Shown here piece after piece: positions 7,838-17,236 of a stretch of DNA of 53,095 nucleotides. Both the position numbers and the translations under genes were made by a program. Under the pieces are notes generated by a model. It saw nothing but the letters and a program-made list of their open reading frames with translations. It ran no database searches and had not been told where the DNA came from. Where the stretch lies: assembly GCA_964618065.1 (NCBI GenBank), contig CAZTZK010000024.1, forward strand, positions 1 to 53,095, in the 5' to 3' direction. Origin of the DNA: an uncultured Candidatus Saccharibacteria bacterium. GTDB lineage: Bacteria; Patescibacteriota; Minisyncoccia; CAIUEV01; JAHKAQ01. Position 1 is the stretch's first letter, and each line of letters opens with the position of its first letter.

Positions 7838-8698
7838 ATGGTCCCTGAAATTTCTATCATAATTGTTTCCTGGAATGGGAAAGCAGTTTTAAAAAAATGT
7901 CTGAATTCTATTTTTAACAGGAATTATAATTTTTCTTATGAGGTTATTGTAGTAGATAATGGATCAAAAGATGGCACAGTAGAAATGTTAAAGAATGATT
8001 TTCGGACTGTTAAAATCAAAGAAAATAAAAAAAATCTAGGCTTTCCAATTGCCAATAATCTAGGAATAAAAATGGCTCAAGGCAAGTTTATCTTTTTACT
8101 AAATCAGGATATAGAACTAGAGGAGAATACTCTTGAGACTTTATTTAATTTTTTGAAGGATAATCTTAAAAATAATATAGTTGCGGTGGCTCCTATGCTT
8201 CAATATCCTAACGGAAAGGTTCAAATGAGCTTAAGGCCTTTTCCTACTCCTGGGAATATTCTAAAGGACGCTTTTTCTTTCGGGAGATGGCATTTAAAAT
8301 ATTATGATTATAGAAAAAGCCAAGAGGTGGAACAACCAATGGCATCGTGTTTATTAGTTGAAGGGAGAACGCTTAGAAGAGTTAAAGGGTTTGATCCTAA
8401 TCCTAATTTTTTTCTTTATTTTAATGATGTTGATTTAAGCTTTAGAATATCCTTACTAGGCTTGAAACATTATTATTTAAATAATTGCAAAGCGATTCAT
8501 GATCATGGGCAGAGTGCCAAAAAATGGTCCGAGCTATCTCGTTTAGGGGCTTGGCAAAGAGGGCTTTACTATTTCTTGGCCAAGCATTATGCTAAAAAAC
8601 GAGTATTAAGCAAACTCATTTTTAAGATAGAGGTGTTTTTGATTTTTTTAATAAGAGTAATTACCGAATCGCTAAAAAGTTTATTATTGAGGAAATAA
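7838..8698 (+). CDS. Glycosyltransferase family 2 (GT-A)
   Basis: MVPEISIIIVSWNG...VIVVDNGSKDGT...LLNQDIE... The ORF track extends to TTG 7805, but ATG 7838 gives the canonical GT2 N-terminus. Confidence 0.85.
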   Translation: MVPEISIIIVSWNGKAVLKKCLNSIFNRNYNFSYEVIVVDNGSKDGTVEMLKNDFRTVKIKENKKNLGFPIANNLGIKMAQGKFIFLLNQDIELEENTLETLFNFLKDNLKNNIVAVAPMLQYPNGKVQMSLRPFPTPGNILKDAFSFGRWHLKYYDYRKSQEVEQPMASCLLVEGRTLRRVKGFDPNPNFFLYFNDVDLSFRISLLGLKHYYLNNCKAIHDHGQSAKKWSELSRLGAWQRGLYYFLAKHYAKKRVLSKLIFKIEVFLIFLIRVITESLKSLLLRK

Positions 8699-8737
8699 TT
8701 TTTTTTATTTTTTAATTAATTATATCAATTTAATCTC

Positions 8738-9844
8738 ATGGCTTATTATTATCCTGGTTCCAAAGAAAATGAAATTATAACTGAAAAATTAGAAGCTATT
8801 GGTAAAACACCTAAAGTTAAAGTTTCGGATAATGATTCTCCCAAAAAACTTTTTAAATCAAAAAACCGCTTTAAAAAAATTGTCGGAATTCTAGCAATAA
8901 TTATTCTCTTAATAGGGGGAGCTCTCTTCTATAAAACTTCCAATTTGATTTCTAAAATTTCTACTTCGGGAGGGAGTATCTTTGGTGGTTTATTCAAAGA
9001 CGCAGATGATGTTAAAGGATTTAAAGATGGTAGAATTAATATTTTACTTATTGGCATGAGAGGGCAAAATATACCCGGAGGAAGTTTATTAGCAGATACT
9101 ATTATGGTTGTTTCCGCAAATATTAGAGAAAATAAAGTAGCTATGATTTCTATCCCCCGTGATCTTTATACGGAGATTCCAGGGAAAAATTATTCTAGAA
9201 AAATTAATGAGGCTAATGTTATTGGAGAAGAAGCAGGAAAAGGAAAAGGGATAGAGTTAATGAAAGAAACAGTTGAAAATGTGACTGGTCTGCCTATCCA
9301 TTATGCTGTCTCAGCTAATTTTGATGCTTTAAGAGATACAGTAGACGTCTTAGGGGGAATTAATATTTATCTTGAGAAACCTTTTTATGAAGGGAAACAA
9401 TTTGTTGAAGGTGGAGAATGCGGAGGAGAGTTTAGTTTACCGGCAGGGGATGTTGAATTAAATGGAGAAAAAGCTCTCTGTTATACAAGAGCTCGTTTTG
9501 CCACTTCTGATTTTGACAGAGCCAAACGGCAACAGGAAGTATTATTAGCAATTAAAGAAAAAGCTTTAAGTGTTGGCACTCTCTCCGACTTTAGCAAAGT
9601 GAATAACTTTATAACTGTTATTGGAGACAATATTAGAACTAATATGCAATCTTGGGAAATGCAAAAATTATTTAGTATCTTAAGAGGGTTAGATAATTCT
9701 GAAATTTATCGTAAGGTTTTCAGTACTGCTGAAGATGGTCTTCTTTATTCTACTAATAATGGTTCCTATATTCTTTTACCGGTGGGAGAAAATTATGAGA
9801 AGATCCATCAAGCATGTGCTAATATATTTGAGGAAGAAAGATGA
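8738..9844 (+). CDS. LytR-CpsA-Psr (LCP) family glycopolymer phosphotransferase
   Basis: 368 aa. N-terminal TM anchor, then LLIGMRG...LADTIMVVS...ISIPRDL...KINEA...RARF...DFDRAKRQQEVL, the LCP core pattern. Confidence 0.85.
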   Translation: MAYYYPGSKENEIITEKLEAIGKTPKVKVSDNDSPKKLFKSKNRFKKIVGILAIIILLIGGALFYKTSNLISKISTSGGSIFGGLFKDADDVKGFKDGRINILLIGMRGQNIPGGSLLADTIMVVSANIRENKVAMISIPRDLYTEIPGKNYSRKINEANVIGEEAGKGKGIELMKETVENVTGLPIHYAVSANFDALRDTVDVLGGINIYLEKPFYEGKQFVEGGECGGEFSLPAGDVELNGEKALCYTRARFATSDFDRAKRQQEVLLAIKEKALSVGTLSDFSKVNNFITVIGDNIRTNMQSWEMQKLFSILRGLDNSEIYRKVFSTAEDGLLYSTNNGSYILLPVGENYEKIHQACANIFEEER

Positions 9845-10677
9845 AAAAAATAGATGTTTCTATTATTGTCGCTAGCTATAAGAATTCTTCTATTTTAAAA
9901 TTGTGTCTTGACGCTTTATTCAAAAATATTGGCGATGAGATTAATTTTGAAGTAATTGTTGTTGATATTGAGACCCAAGAAGAAATTAGGGATCTTGTTT
10001 TAGATAATTATCCCCAAGTAAAATTTATTCCTTTAGTAAAAAATGTTGGTTTTGCAAAAGCTTTAAATAAAGGAATCAGAAATTCGCGGGGAAATGTTAT
10101 CCTTTCTTTAAATCCTGATATTATTGTTAAGAAAAAAGCAGTAGAAATTCTTTATAAATATATAATAAAACATCCCGAAGCTGGAATTATAGGGCCCAGG
10201 CTTTTAAACTTTAATGGTAGCCGGCAAGATTCATGTTTTAGTTTTTATACCCCGATTACCGTAATTTACAGAAGAACATTTTTAGGTAATTCCTTTTTTG
10301 GAAAAGTGTCTTTAAAAAATTTTTTTATAAGACCCCAAGGAAATAACCCTCAACCCATTAAAGGTTGGATAATGGGGTCTGCCCTGATGTTAAGAAGGGA
10401 AAATTTAGAAAAAATTGGTTTAATGGATGAACGTTATTTTATGTATTTTGAAGATGTTGATTGGTGCCGTCGTTTCTGGGAAGCTGGCTTTAAGATTGTT
10501 TATGTTCCCCAAGCTGAGATGTTTCATTATCATGGTAAAATGAGTGCTTCTAGAAATGTTCTAAGTTTGTTATTCAATAAAATGACTTTTATCCATTTCT
10601 TGTCAGGATTAAAGTATTTTATTAAGTTTAGAGGATGGAAAGTCGTTTTAAAAAAGAATAAAAAATTAAAAAGATGA
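9841..10677 (+). CDS. Glycosyltransferase family 2
   Basis: 278 aa. VSIIVASYKN...VIVVDIETQ...NPDIIV...FMYFEDVDWCRRF. The start overlaps the LCP stop (ATGA). Confidence 0.85.
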   Translation: MKKIDVSIIVASYKNSSILKLCLDALFKNIGDEINFEVIVVDIETQEEIRDLVLDNYPQVKFIPLVKNVGFAKALNKGIRNSRGNVILSLNPDIIVKKKAVEILYKYIIKHPEAGIIGPRLLNFNGSRQDSCFSFYTPITVIYRRTFLGNSFFGKVSLKNFFIRPQGNNPQPIKGWIMGSALMLRRENLEKIGLMDERYFMYFEDVDWCRRFWEAGFKIVYVPQAEMFHYHGKMSASRNVLSLLFNKMTFIHFLSGLKYFIKFRGWKVVLKKNKKLKR

Positions 10678-11903
10678 GTTATCTTCAAGAGAAAAAACAA
10701 TTTAAAGTTTACTTAATTACTATCGCTTTAGTGGCTTGTTTTGTTTTAGGAATGTTCTTCGGAAAAAAAAATTCTGTTGATATAGAAAGCTTGAGATTAG
10801 AAAATAACGAAAGTGAATTTTCTGAACAAGATATAATCTTCTTGAAAGAAATCTGGGACAAAATTAAAGGAAAATATGTTGGAGAAATTCCCGAAGAAGC
10901 AAAAGTAATAGAAGGAGCTGCCAAAGGAATGGTTGAATCCCTAGATGATCCTTATACGGTCTATTGGAATAAAAAGGAATCTCAAGATTTTCTTGCAGAT
11001 ATGGAAGGTAGTTTTGAGGGGATTGGAGCGGAAATAGGGATAAGAAATCAAGTTCTTACTGTTATTTCTCCTTTGGATGGGATGCCTGCTCAAACAGCGG
11101 GTATAAAATCCGGAGATAAAATTATTCAGATAAATGAAGAAATTACTACGGAAATGACATTAGATGAAGCAGTCAGCAAGATAAGAGGGCCTAAAGGCAG
11201 TCAAGTTAAATTGATTATAATCAGGGAGGGGAATGGGGATAACGATCCCCTAGAATTTGAAATAACAAGGGATAAGATTGACATTAAAAGCGTTAGTTGG
11301 GAGAAAAAAGATAATCAGTTAGCCTATTTAAGAATCAGTAGTTTTTTGAAAGATAGCGAAGATGAATTTTTTAAAGTTGCCCAGGAAATTGAGGGATGGA
11401 AAGCTGAGGGAATTATTCTTGATTTAAGGAATAATTCAGGTGGTTATTTAGAAATAGCGGTAGATATTGCTAGCTATTTTTTATCTAGCGGATCTTTAGT
11501 AGTCAAAGAAGATTACGGAGATGTCAATAAATCTAAAAATACAGAACACTACACGACAAATAAATTGAATAAGAAAAACCTGGAGAAATATCCTTTGGTG
11601 GTTTTGGTTAATCAAGGAACGGCTTCTTCAGCTGAAATTTTAGCTGGCGCCCTTAGAGACAATCGAGAAATAAAGCTGGTTGGAGAGAAAACTTTTGGGA
11701 AAGGTTCGGTCCAGGAATTGGAAGAATTAAGTGACGGATCAGTTCTTAAAGTAACAGTAGCTAAATGGCTCACTCCTGAAGGTGTTAATATTGGGGAAGA
11801 AGGGTTAAATCCTGATATTGAGCAGAAGATTTTGAAAGCTGAAGAGGGAGAGGAGCAAGAAGATCAGCAACTCTTAAAAGCGATAGAAATAATTAAAAAT
11901 TAA
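10674..11903 (+). CDS. S41 family C-terminal processing peptidase (CtpA/Prc-like) with PDZ domain
   Basis: 409 aa. FEGIGAEIG, PDZ PAQTAGIKSGDKIIQINE, IILDLRNNSGGYL, NQGTASSAEILAGALRDN, GEKTFGKGSVQ. ATGA overlap with the upstream gene. Confidence 0.9.
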   Translation: MSYLQEKKQFKVYLITIALVACFVLGMFFGKKNSVDIESLRLENNESEFSEQDIIFLKEIWDKIKGKYVGEIPEEAKVIEGAAKGMVESLDDPYTVYWNKKESQDFLADMEGSFEGIGAEIGIRNQVLTVISPLDGMPAQTAGIKSGDKIIQINEEITTEMTLDEAVSKIRGPKGSQVKLIIIREGNGDNDPLEFEITRDKIDIKSVSWEKKDNQLAYLRISSFLKDSEDEFFKVAQEIEGWKAEGIILDLRNNSGGYLEIAVDIASYFLSSGSLVVKEDYGDVNKSKNTEHYTTNKLNKKNLEKYPLVVLVNQGTASSAEILAGALRDNREIKLVGEKTFGKGSVQELEELSDGSVLKVTVAKWLTPEGVNIGEEGLNPDIEQKILKAEEGEEQEDQQLLKAIEIIKN

Positions 11904-11913
11904 TTTATTAAGT

Positions 11914-12366
11914 ATGGCAGTAGAAATTATTTTATTAAAAAAAGTTGATAAATTAGGGAAAGCAGGTGATCTTGTTTCCGTAAAAGAAGGTTATGCTAGA
12001 AACTTTTTACTGAAATTTGATTTAGCTATGTTAGCAACTGTGGATGCCAAGGAAAAAGCTAAAAATATAAAGAAAAAAAGGAAGCAAACAGAAATTTCAG
12101 AAAAGAAAAAAATGCAGGAACTAGCTGAAAAAATTTCCGGAATGCAGTTTGTTCTAAAGAGGAAAGCGGAAGGAGAAAAACTTTTTGGTTCAGTAACTGA
12201 TGCTGAAATAATAAAGCTCTTAGCAGAAAAAGGGGTGAACTTGAAAAAAAGTCAATTGAATATGCAAAATACTATTAAAAAAATCGGGAATTATACAATA
12301 GATATTAATCTTTCTCGAGAAGTTTCCGGAAAAATAAGACTTAAAGTTGTAAATGAAAAAAAATAG
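11914..12366 (+). CDS. rplI: 50S ribosomal protein L9
   Basis: 150 aa. The N-terminal domain MAVEIILLKKVDKLGKAGDLVSVKEGYARNFLL is canonical L9. Confidence 0.9.
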   Translation: MAVEIILLKKVDKLGKAGDLVSVKEGYARNFLLKFDLAMLATVDAKEKAKNIKKKRKQTEISEKKKMQELAEKISGMQFVLKRKAEGEKLFGSVTDAEIIKLLAEKGVNLKKSQLNMQNTIKKIGNYTIDINLSREVSGKIRLKVVNEKK

Positions 12367-14020
12367 AGGAAAGAGAAAAAAATTTATTTTTGTAACAGGA
12401 GGAGTAATGAGCGGGGTAGGGAAAGGAACAACTTGTTCCGCTATTGCTGCTATTTTAAAAAGTAAGGGTTTTAAAATTACAGCCTTGAAGGCTGACCCTT
12501 ACGTAAATATTGATGCGGGGACGATGAATCCTACAGAACACGGGGAGGTTTTTGTACTAACAGATGGGACGGAATGCGATCAAGATATGGGAAATTATGA
12601 AAGATTTTTGGAACAAGAGTTACTCGGTTCTAATTATATGACTACCGGAAGTGTTTACCAAAAAGTAATTGAAAGAGAAAGGGCTCTTAAATACAGGGGG
12701 AAGTGTGTGGAAGTTGTCCCCCATATCCCCTTAGAAGTGATAGCCAGAATAGAGAAGGCGGCTTGGAAAAATAAAGCGGAGTTTTGTATTATTGAAATAG
12801 GAGGAACAGTTGGTGAATACCAAAATATACTTTTTTTGGAAGCTGCCAGAATGATGAAATTAAAATACCCCGGAGATGTTTTAATTGCAATGGTAAGCTA
12901 TCTGCCTATTCCTGACAAAGTAGGGGAGATGAAAACCAAACCTACTCAGCATGCAGTTAGAACTTTAAATTCTGCCGGTATTCAGCCTGATCTTATTATT
13001 GCTCGTTCTGAAAAACCTTTGGATCAGAAAAGGAAAGAAAAAATAGCCACTTTTTGTAATATAGAAGGGGATAAAATAATTTCTGCTCCTGACATAGATT
13101 CTGTCTATCATTTACCTGTTAATTTTGAGAAAGGAAAAATAAGCCAAATAATCTTAAAAAAATTTGGATTAAAACAAAAGAAAAAAGATTTACGGCAATG
13201 GAGGAGCCTTTCACATAAAATAAAAACATTAAGGAAAAAAGTAAATATAGCGGTAGTGGGTAAATATTTCAGTACAGGTGATTTTGTTCTCTCTGATTCT
13301 TATATTTCTGTAATAGAAGCTATTAAACATGGAGCTTATAAAAACAACGTTAAGCCGGAACTTACTTGGATTGATTCTCTGAAGTATGAAGATAATCCAG
13401 AGACAGTAAAAGAATTAAAGAAATTTGATGGGTTAGTCGTCCCCGGCGGTTTTGGAGAAAGAGGGATTGAGGGTATTATAGAGGCTATAAAATTTTCCAG
13501 AGAAAATAAAATACCTTATTTAGGTCTTTGCTATGGGATGCAATTGGCAGTTATAGAATATGCTCGTTCTAAAGCGGGAATAAAAAAAGCTACCACGGCA
13601 GAGACTGATCCTAGAAGTAAATTTGCCGTAGTTGATCTTATGCCAGAGCAGAAAAAGAAAATTCAGTTGGGTAATTATGGAGGAACAATGAGACTAGGAA
13701 GTTTTCCAGCTGTTTTAAAAAGAAATAGTCTTGCTGCCAGAATTTATAAAAAGAAACTCATCTTAGAAAGGCATCGCCATCGTTATGAAATTAATCCGCT
13801 TTTTTTGGAAAAAATTAAAAAAGCCGGTCTTATTTTTTCCGGCTTTTCTCCTGATAAAAAATTTATGGAAATAATGGAACTTCCTCAAAGAGTACATCCT
13901 TTTTTTCTGGGTACCCAATTTCATCCAGAATTTCAATCTTACCCTCATAATCCGCACCCTCTGTTTAGAGAGTTTTTAAAAAGTGCCGTTCAAAGGAACA
14001 AAAAAATAAATAGAAAATAA
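12353..14020 (+). CDS. pyrG: CTP synthase
   Basis: 555 aa. FIFVTGGVMSGVGKG, KTKPTQH, GATase GLCYGMQLAVIEYAR, HRHRYEINP. The start overlaps the rplI end by 14 nt. Confidence 0.97.
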   Translation: MKKNRGKRKKFIFVTGGVMSGVGKGTTCSAIAAILKSKGFKITALKADPYVNIDAGTMNPTEHGEVFVLTDGTECDQDMGNYERFLEQELLGSNYMTTGSVYQKVIERERALKYRGKCVEVVPHIPLEVIARIEKAAWKNKAEFCIIEIGGTVGEYQNILFLEAARMMKLKYPGDVLIAMVSYLPIPDKVGEMKTKPTQHAVRTLNSAGIQPDLIIARSEKPLDQKRKEKIATFCNIEGDKIISAPDIDSVYHLPVNFEKGKISQIILKKFGLKQKKKDLRQWRSLSHKIKTLRKKVNIAVVGKYFSTGDFVLSDSYISVIEAIKHGAYKNNVKPELTWIDSLKYEDNPETVKELKKFDGLVVPGGFGERGIEGIIEAIKFSRENKIPYLGLCYGMQLAVIEYARSKAGIKKATTAETDPRSKFAVVDLMPEQKKKIQLGNYGGTMRLGSFPAVLKRNSLAARIYKKKLILERHRHRYEINPLFLEKIKKAGLIFSGFSPDKKFMEIMELPQRVHPFFLGTQFHPEFQSYPHNPHPLFREFLKSAVQRNKKINRK

Positions 14021-14043
14021 ATTAGTAGAGCAAAGAAGGCGTT

Positions 14044-14343
14044 TTATTTTTTCTTCTTAACTAAAGGCTTTTCACTTACTTCCACAAAAGTTGTTTTTTC
14101 TAAATGACCGTTGAATTTTTTAATTTTTCTCTTACTGAATTTGATAAAACCATCTACCAAAGCATATAAAGTATCATCAGACCCTCTTTTTACGTTTTGA
14201 CCCTCGCGATATTTTTTACCTCTTTGTCTGATTATAATATTTCCAGCGTTAACTTTTTGTCCGTCAAATAATTTTACTCCCAGCCTTTTTGATATGGAAT
14301 CTCTTCCTAAACTGGTAGAACCTCCGGCTTTTCTATGAGCCAT
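14044..14343 (-). CDS. rpmA: 50S ribosomal protein L27
   Basis: 99 aa. [42 protein letters not shown] is canonical L27. Confidence 0.95.
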   Translation of the reverse strand: MAHRKAGGSTSLGRDSISKRLGVKLFDGQKVNAGNIIIRQRGKKYREGQNVKRGSDDTLYALVDGFIKFSKRKIKKFNGHLEKTTFVEVSEKPLVKKKK

Positions 14344-14484
14344 ATTTTTTACTTAGCAATTAAAAATTTATTAAATATTTTTTCCAAGTTTTTAATATTC
14401 AATCTGCTATTCTAAATATAATGGAAAAAAGAAGCTTCTCTTTTGCTTCTAAGTGCTTCCAAGAATAGTAAATAGCTGAAAAAA

Positions 14485-14925
14485 ATGCAAGGAAATTTTA
14501 GAACTATCCATAAATTTTTTTTAAAAATTAAGAGAAAGATAAATTTTGGAAAATTACTTTATTTTTTTTCTCTTCTTTTATTTCCTTTTGCTGGTTATCT
14601 AATTGGAAAAGGGGAAAAACTAAAAATGGAAAACCCGGATATAATTATTGATACTTCAGAAATTGATTGCAATTGTGACAATAATTTTTTGGAAGAATCA
14701 ATTAATAAGAGTGAAACTGAAAAAGTAGGTTCAAAAACGACCACGGAAGAATTGATTGAATTATCTGATCAGGGAAGTCAATTTGTAGCCAGTAAAAATG
14801 GCGAGAAATATTATCCTGTTGATTGTGCCTCAGCCAACAGGATTAAAGAAGAGAATAAAGTTTATTATGAAACGGCGACAGAAGCTGAAGCTGATGGAAA
14901 AGAATTATCAAGCCAATGTCAATAA
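14485..14925 (+). CDS. Small membrane-anchored protein with a C-terminal Cys...Cys module, unknown function
   Basis: 146 aa. One N-terminal hydrophobic helix (LLYFFSLLLFPFAGYLIG). The C-terminal GEKYYPVDCASANRIKEENKVYYETATEAEADGKELSSQCQ resembles, from memory, short KYH..C...C tails (Ada-like or sunset-type) found on small secreted proteins. Confidence 0.45.
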   Translation: MQGNFRTIHKFFLKIKRKINFGKLLYFFSLLLFPFAGYLIGKGEKLKMENPDIIIDTSEIDCNCDNNFLEESINKSETEKVGSKTTTEELIELSDQGSQFVASKNGEKYYPVDCASANRIKEENKVYYETATEAEADGKELSSQCQ

Positions 14926-14926
14926 T

Positions 14927-17167
14927 TTATTTTTCTTGATAATTGCATTCTTTATTAGAACATTTTTTCTTACCAGTTTTTGGATCTTCAATTATCAAAC
15001 TTTTACATAAAGGGCAATTCTCTCCAGTAGGTTTCCCCGACAAAGCAAATTTACATTCCGGATAATTATTACAAGCCCAAAAAATTGTTCCTCTACGAGA
15101 TTTTTTTTCTATAATTTCTCCTTTTTTGCAAATAGGGCATTTAACACCAGAAGAATTTTCAATTTTTTTAATTCCTTTGCATTCAGGATAATTCGTGCAT
15201 CCCCAAAAAAGTCCCCATTTACCTCTCTTGATTTCCATAGGAGCTCCACATTTATCACATTTTACTTCTCCTAATCTTTTTTTTAATTCTTCATCGGATT
15301 CCTTATTAGGATCTTCGGTATATTTGCAATCTGGAAAACCCGAACAGGCATAGAATTTACCAAACCGGCCAAATTTTTCCGTTAGAGGTTTACCACAAAG
15401 CGGGCATTTTTTATCTGTTTTTTTAGAATATTTTTTTATACTTTTAGTTTTTTCTTTAATTTCTTGAGAAAATGGTTTAAAAAAATCATCAATAACTTTT
15501 ACCCATTCTTTTTCTCCTTTAGCTATATCATCTAAATCTTTTTCCATTTTAGCGGTAAATTGCAAATCCATAATACGGGAAAAGTTTTCTACTAAAATAT
15601 CATTTACTAAAAAACCTATTTCTTGAGGAACGTATTGTTTAACTTCATTCTTTTCAGTATAGCCACGAGCTTCAATAGTGCTTAGAGTAGGGGCGTAAGT
15701 AGAAGGTCTGCCAATTCCTTCTTCTTCTAAAGCTTTTATAAGAGTTGCGTCTGTATAACGAGCGGGAGGTTGAGTAAAATGTTGCTCAGTTAATATTTTA
15801 ATTAAATTCAATTTTTCTTTTTCTTGGAGGTTAGGTAATTTAGTTTCTTGAATTTTGAAGTTGGGACCGTAAGCTTTTAAAAATCCTGCGAATTTTAAAA
15901 CAGAACCCTGAGCTTTTAATTCATAATGACCAGCATTTATTTCAGCATCTACTTTATCAAAAACTGCTTCTTTCATCTGAGAGGCAATAAACCTTTTCCA
16001 AATTAGACTGTAAAGTTTAAATTGGCTTGAATCAAGAAACTTTTTTATACTTTCCGGACTTTTTTGAGGAAAAGTAGGGCGAATAGCTTCGTGTGCTTCT
16101 TGGGCTCCTTTAGCTTTATTGGCGAAATAGCGAGGGGATTCTAAACAATAATCTTTACCAAATTTATTCTCTATTGTCTCTTGGGCTTTTCTTAAAGCAA
16201 TTGGACTTATTTTCAAAGAATCGGTTCGCATATAAGTTATTAATCCACTGTTTTGACCATTTAATTTAATTCCCTCGTAAAGTCTTTGAGCAACACTCAT
16301 AGTTCTTTTAGCGGAGAAACCAAGTTTATTAGCGGCATCTCTTTGTAAAGTACTTGTTTTATAGGGAGGAGAAGGATAGCGTCGGCTTTCTTTTTTAGTT
16401 AATTTACTAACCCAAAAATCATTTTTTCCCAGTTCTTTTTTAATCTTTTGAGCTTCTGTTTTACTTCGGATAGCTGTTTTTTCTAAAAGCTTATCTTCTA
16501 TTTTTTTGAGTTCTGCTAAAAAGGAAGCTATTTCTTCCTCTTCGGGATTTGATTTTTTTTGGCGGAGATTAGCTCCTATGGTCCAATATTCTTGAGATTT
16601 AAATTTTTCTCTTTCTCTTTCTCTTTCAACAATAAGGCGCAAAGCTACTGACTGGACTCTACCAGCAGAAAGGCCATAGCGGATTTTTTTCCAAAGCAAG
16701 GGAGAGAGGTTATAACCTACCAACCTGTCTAAAATACGACGAGCTTGTTGAGCATTGAAAAGATCTAAATTTATATCACCCGGGTTCTTTAGAGCTTTTT
16801 GAATGGCCGGTTTGGTAATTTCATGGAAAGTTATTCGCTCAAATGCCATTTTAGGAGCGTAGCGTTGAATTATCCATTTGAGATGAAAAGCAATTGCTTC
16901 TCCTTCTCTATCTTCATCAGTTGCTAAAATTACTTTTTCTACTCCGGATTTTCTATCTGTTATGGCGGATTTGATTGCTTTTAAAGCTTTATTAGATTTA
17001 CGAGGAATAGAATAGGAAGGCTGATAATTTTTTTCTATAGCTACCCCTAATGTTTTAGGAGGAAGGTCTCTTACATGACCGAAAGAGGAAAGGACCTTAT
17101 AATCTTTTCCTAAAATTTGAGTAATAGTTCTAGCTTTTGTAGGGGACTCAACAATAATCAGTTTCAT
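14927..17167 (-). CDS. topA: DNA topoisomerase I
   Basis: 746 aa. Toprim MKLIIVESPTKA...DEDREGE. Catalytic ITYMRTDS. Four C-terminal Cys4 zinc-ribbon repeats (CPLCG...CSGFPDC, etc.). Confidence 0.97.
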   Translation of the reverse strand: MKLIIVESPTKARTITQILGKDYKVLSSFGHVRDLPPKTLGVAIEKNYQPSYSIPRKSNKALKAIKSAITDRKSGVEKVILATDEDREGEAIAFHLKWIIQRYAPKMAFERITFHEITKPAIQKALKNPGDINLDLFNAQQARRILDRLVGYNLSPLLWKKIRYGLSAGRVQSVALRLIVEREREREKFKSQEYWTIGANLRQKKSNPEEEEIASFLAELKKIEDKLLEKTAIRSKTEAQKIKKELGKNDFWVSKLTKKESRRYPSPPYKTSTLQRDAANKLGFSAKRTMSVAQRLYEGIKLNGQNSGLITYMRTDSLKISPIALRKAQETIENKFGKDYCLESPRYFANKAKGAQEAHEAIRPTFPQKSPESIKKFLDSSQFKLYSLIWKRFIASQMKEAVFDKVDAEINAGHYELKAQGSVLKFAGFLKAYGPNFKIQETKLPNLQEKEKLNLIKILTEQHFTQPPARYTDATLIKALEEEGIGRPSTYAPTLSTIEARGYTEKNEVKQYVPQEIGFLVNDILVENFSRIMDLQFTAKMEKDLDDIAKGEKEWVKVIDDFFKPFSQEIKEKTKSIKKYSKKTDKKCPLCGKPLTEKFGRFGKFYACSGFPDCKYTEDPNKESDEELKKRLGEVKCDKCGAPMEIKRGKWGLFWGCTNYPECKGIKKIENSSGVKCPICKKGEIIEKKSRRGTIFWACNNYPECKFALSGKPTGENCPLCKSLIIEDPKTGKKKCSNKECNYQEK

Positions 17168-17236
17168 ATCTTTTTAAATAGAAAATTTAGATTTTCCAGT
17201 TTTAGTTTAAATTTCTTCTTTTTTCTTTTTTATAAT

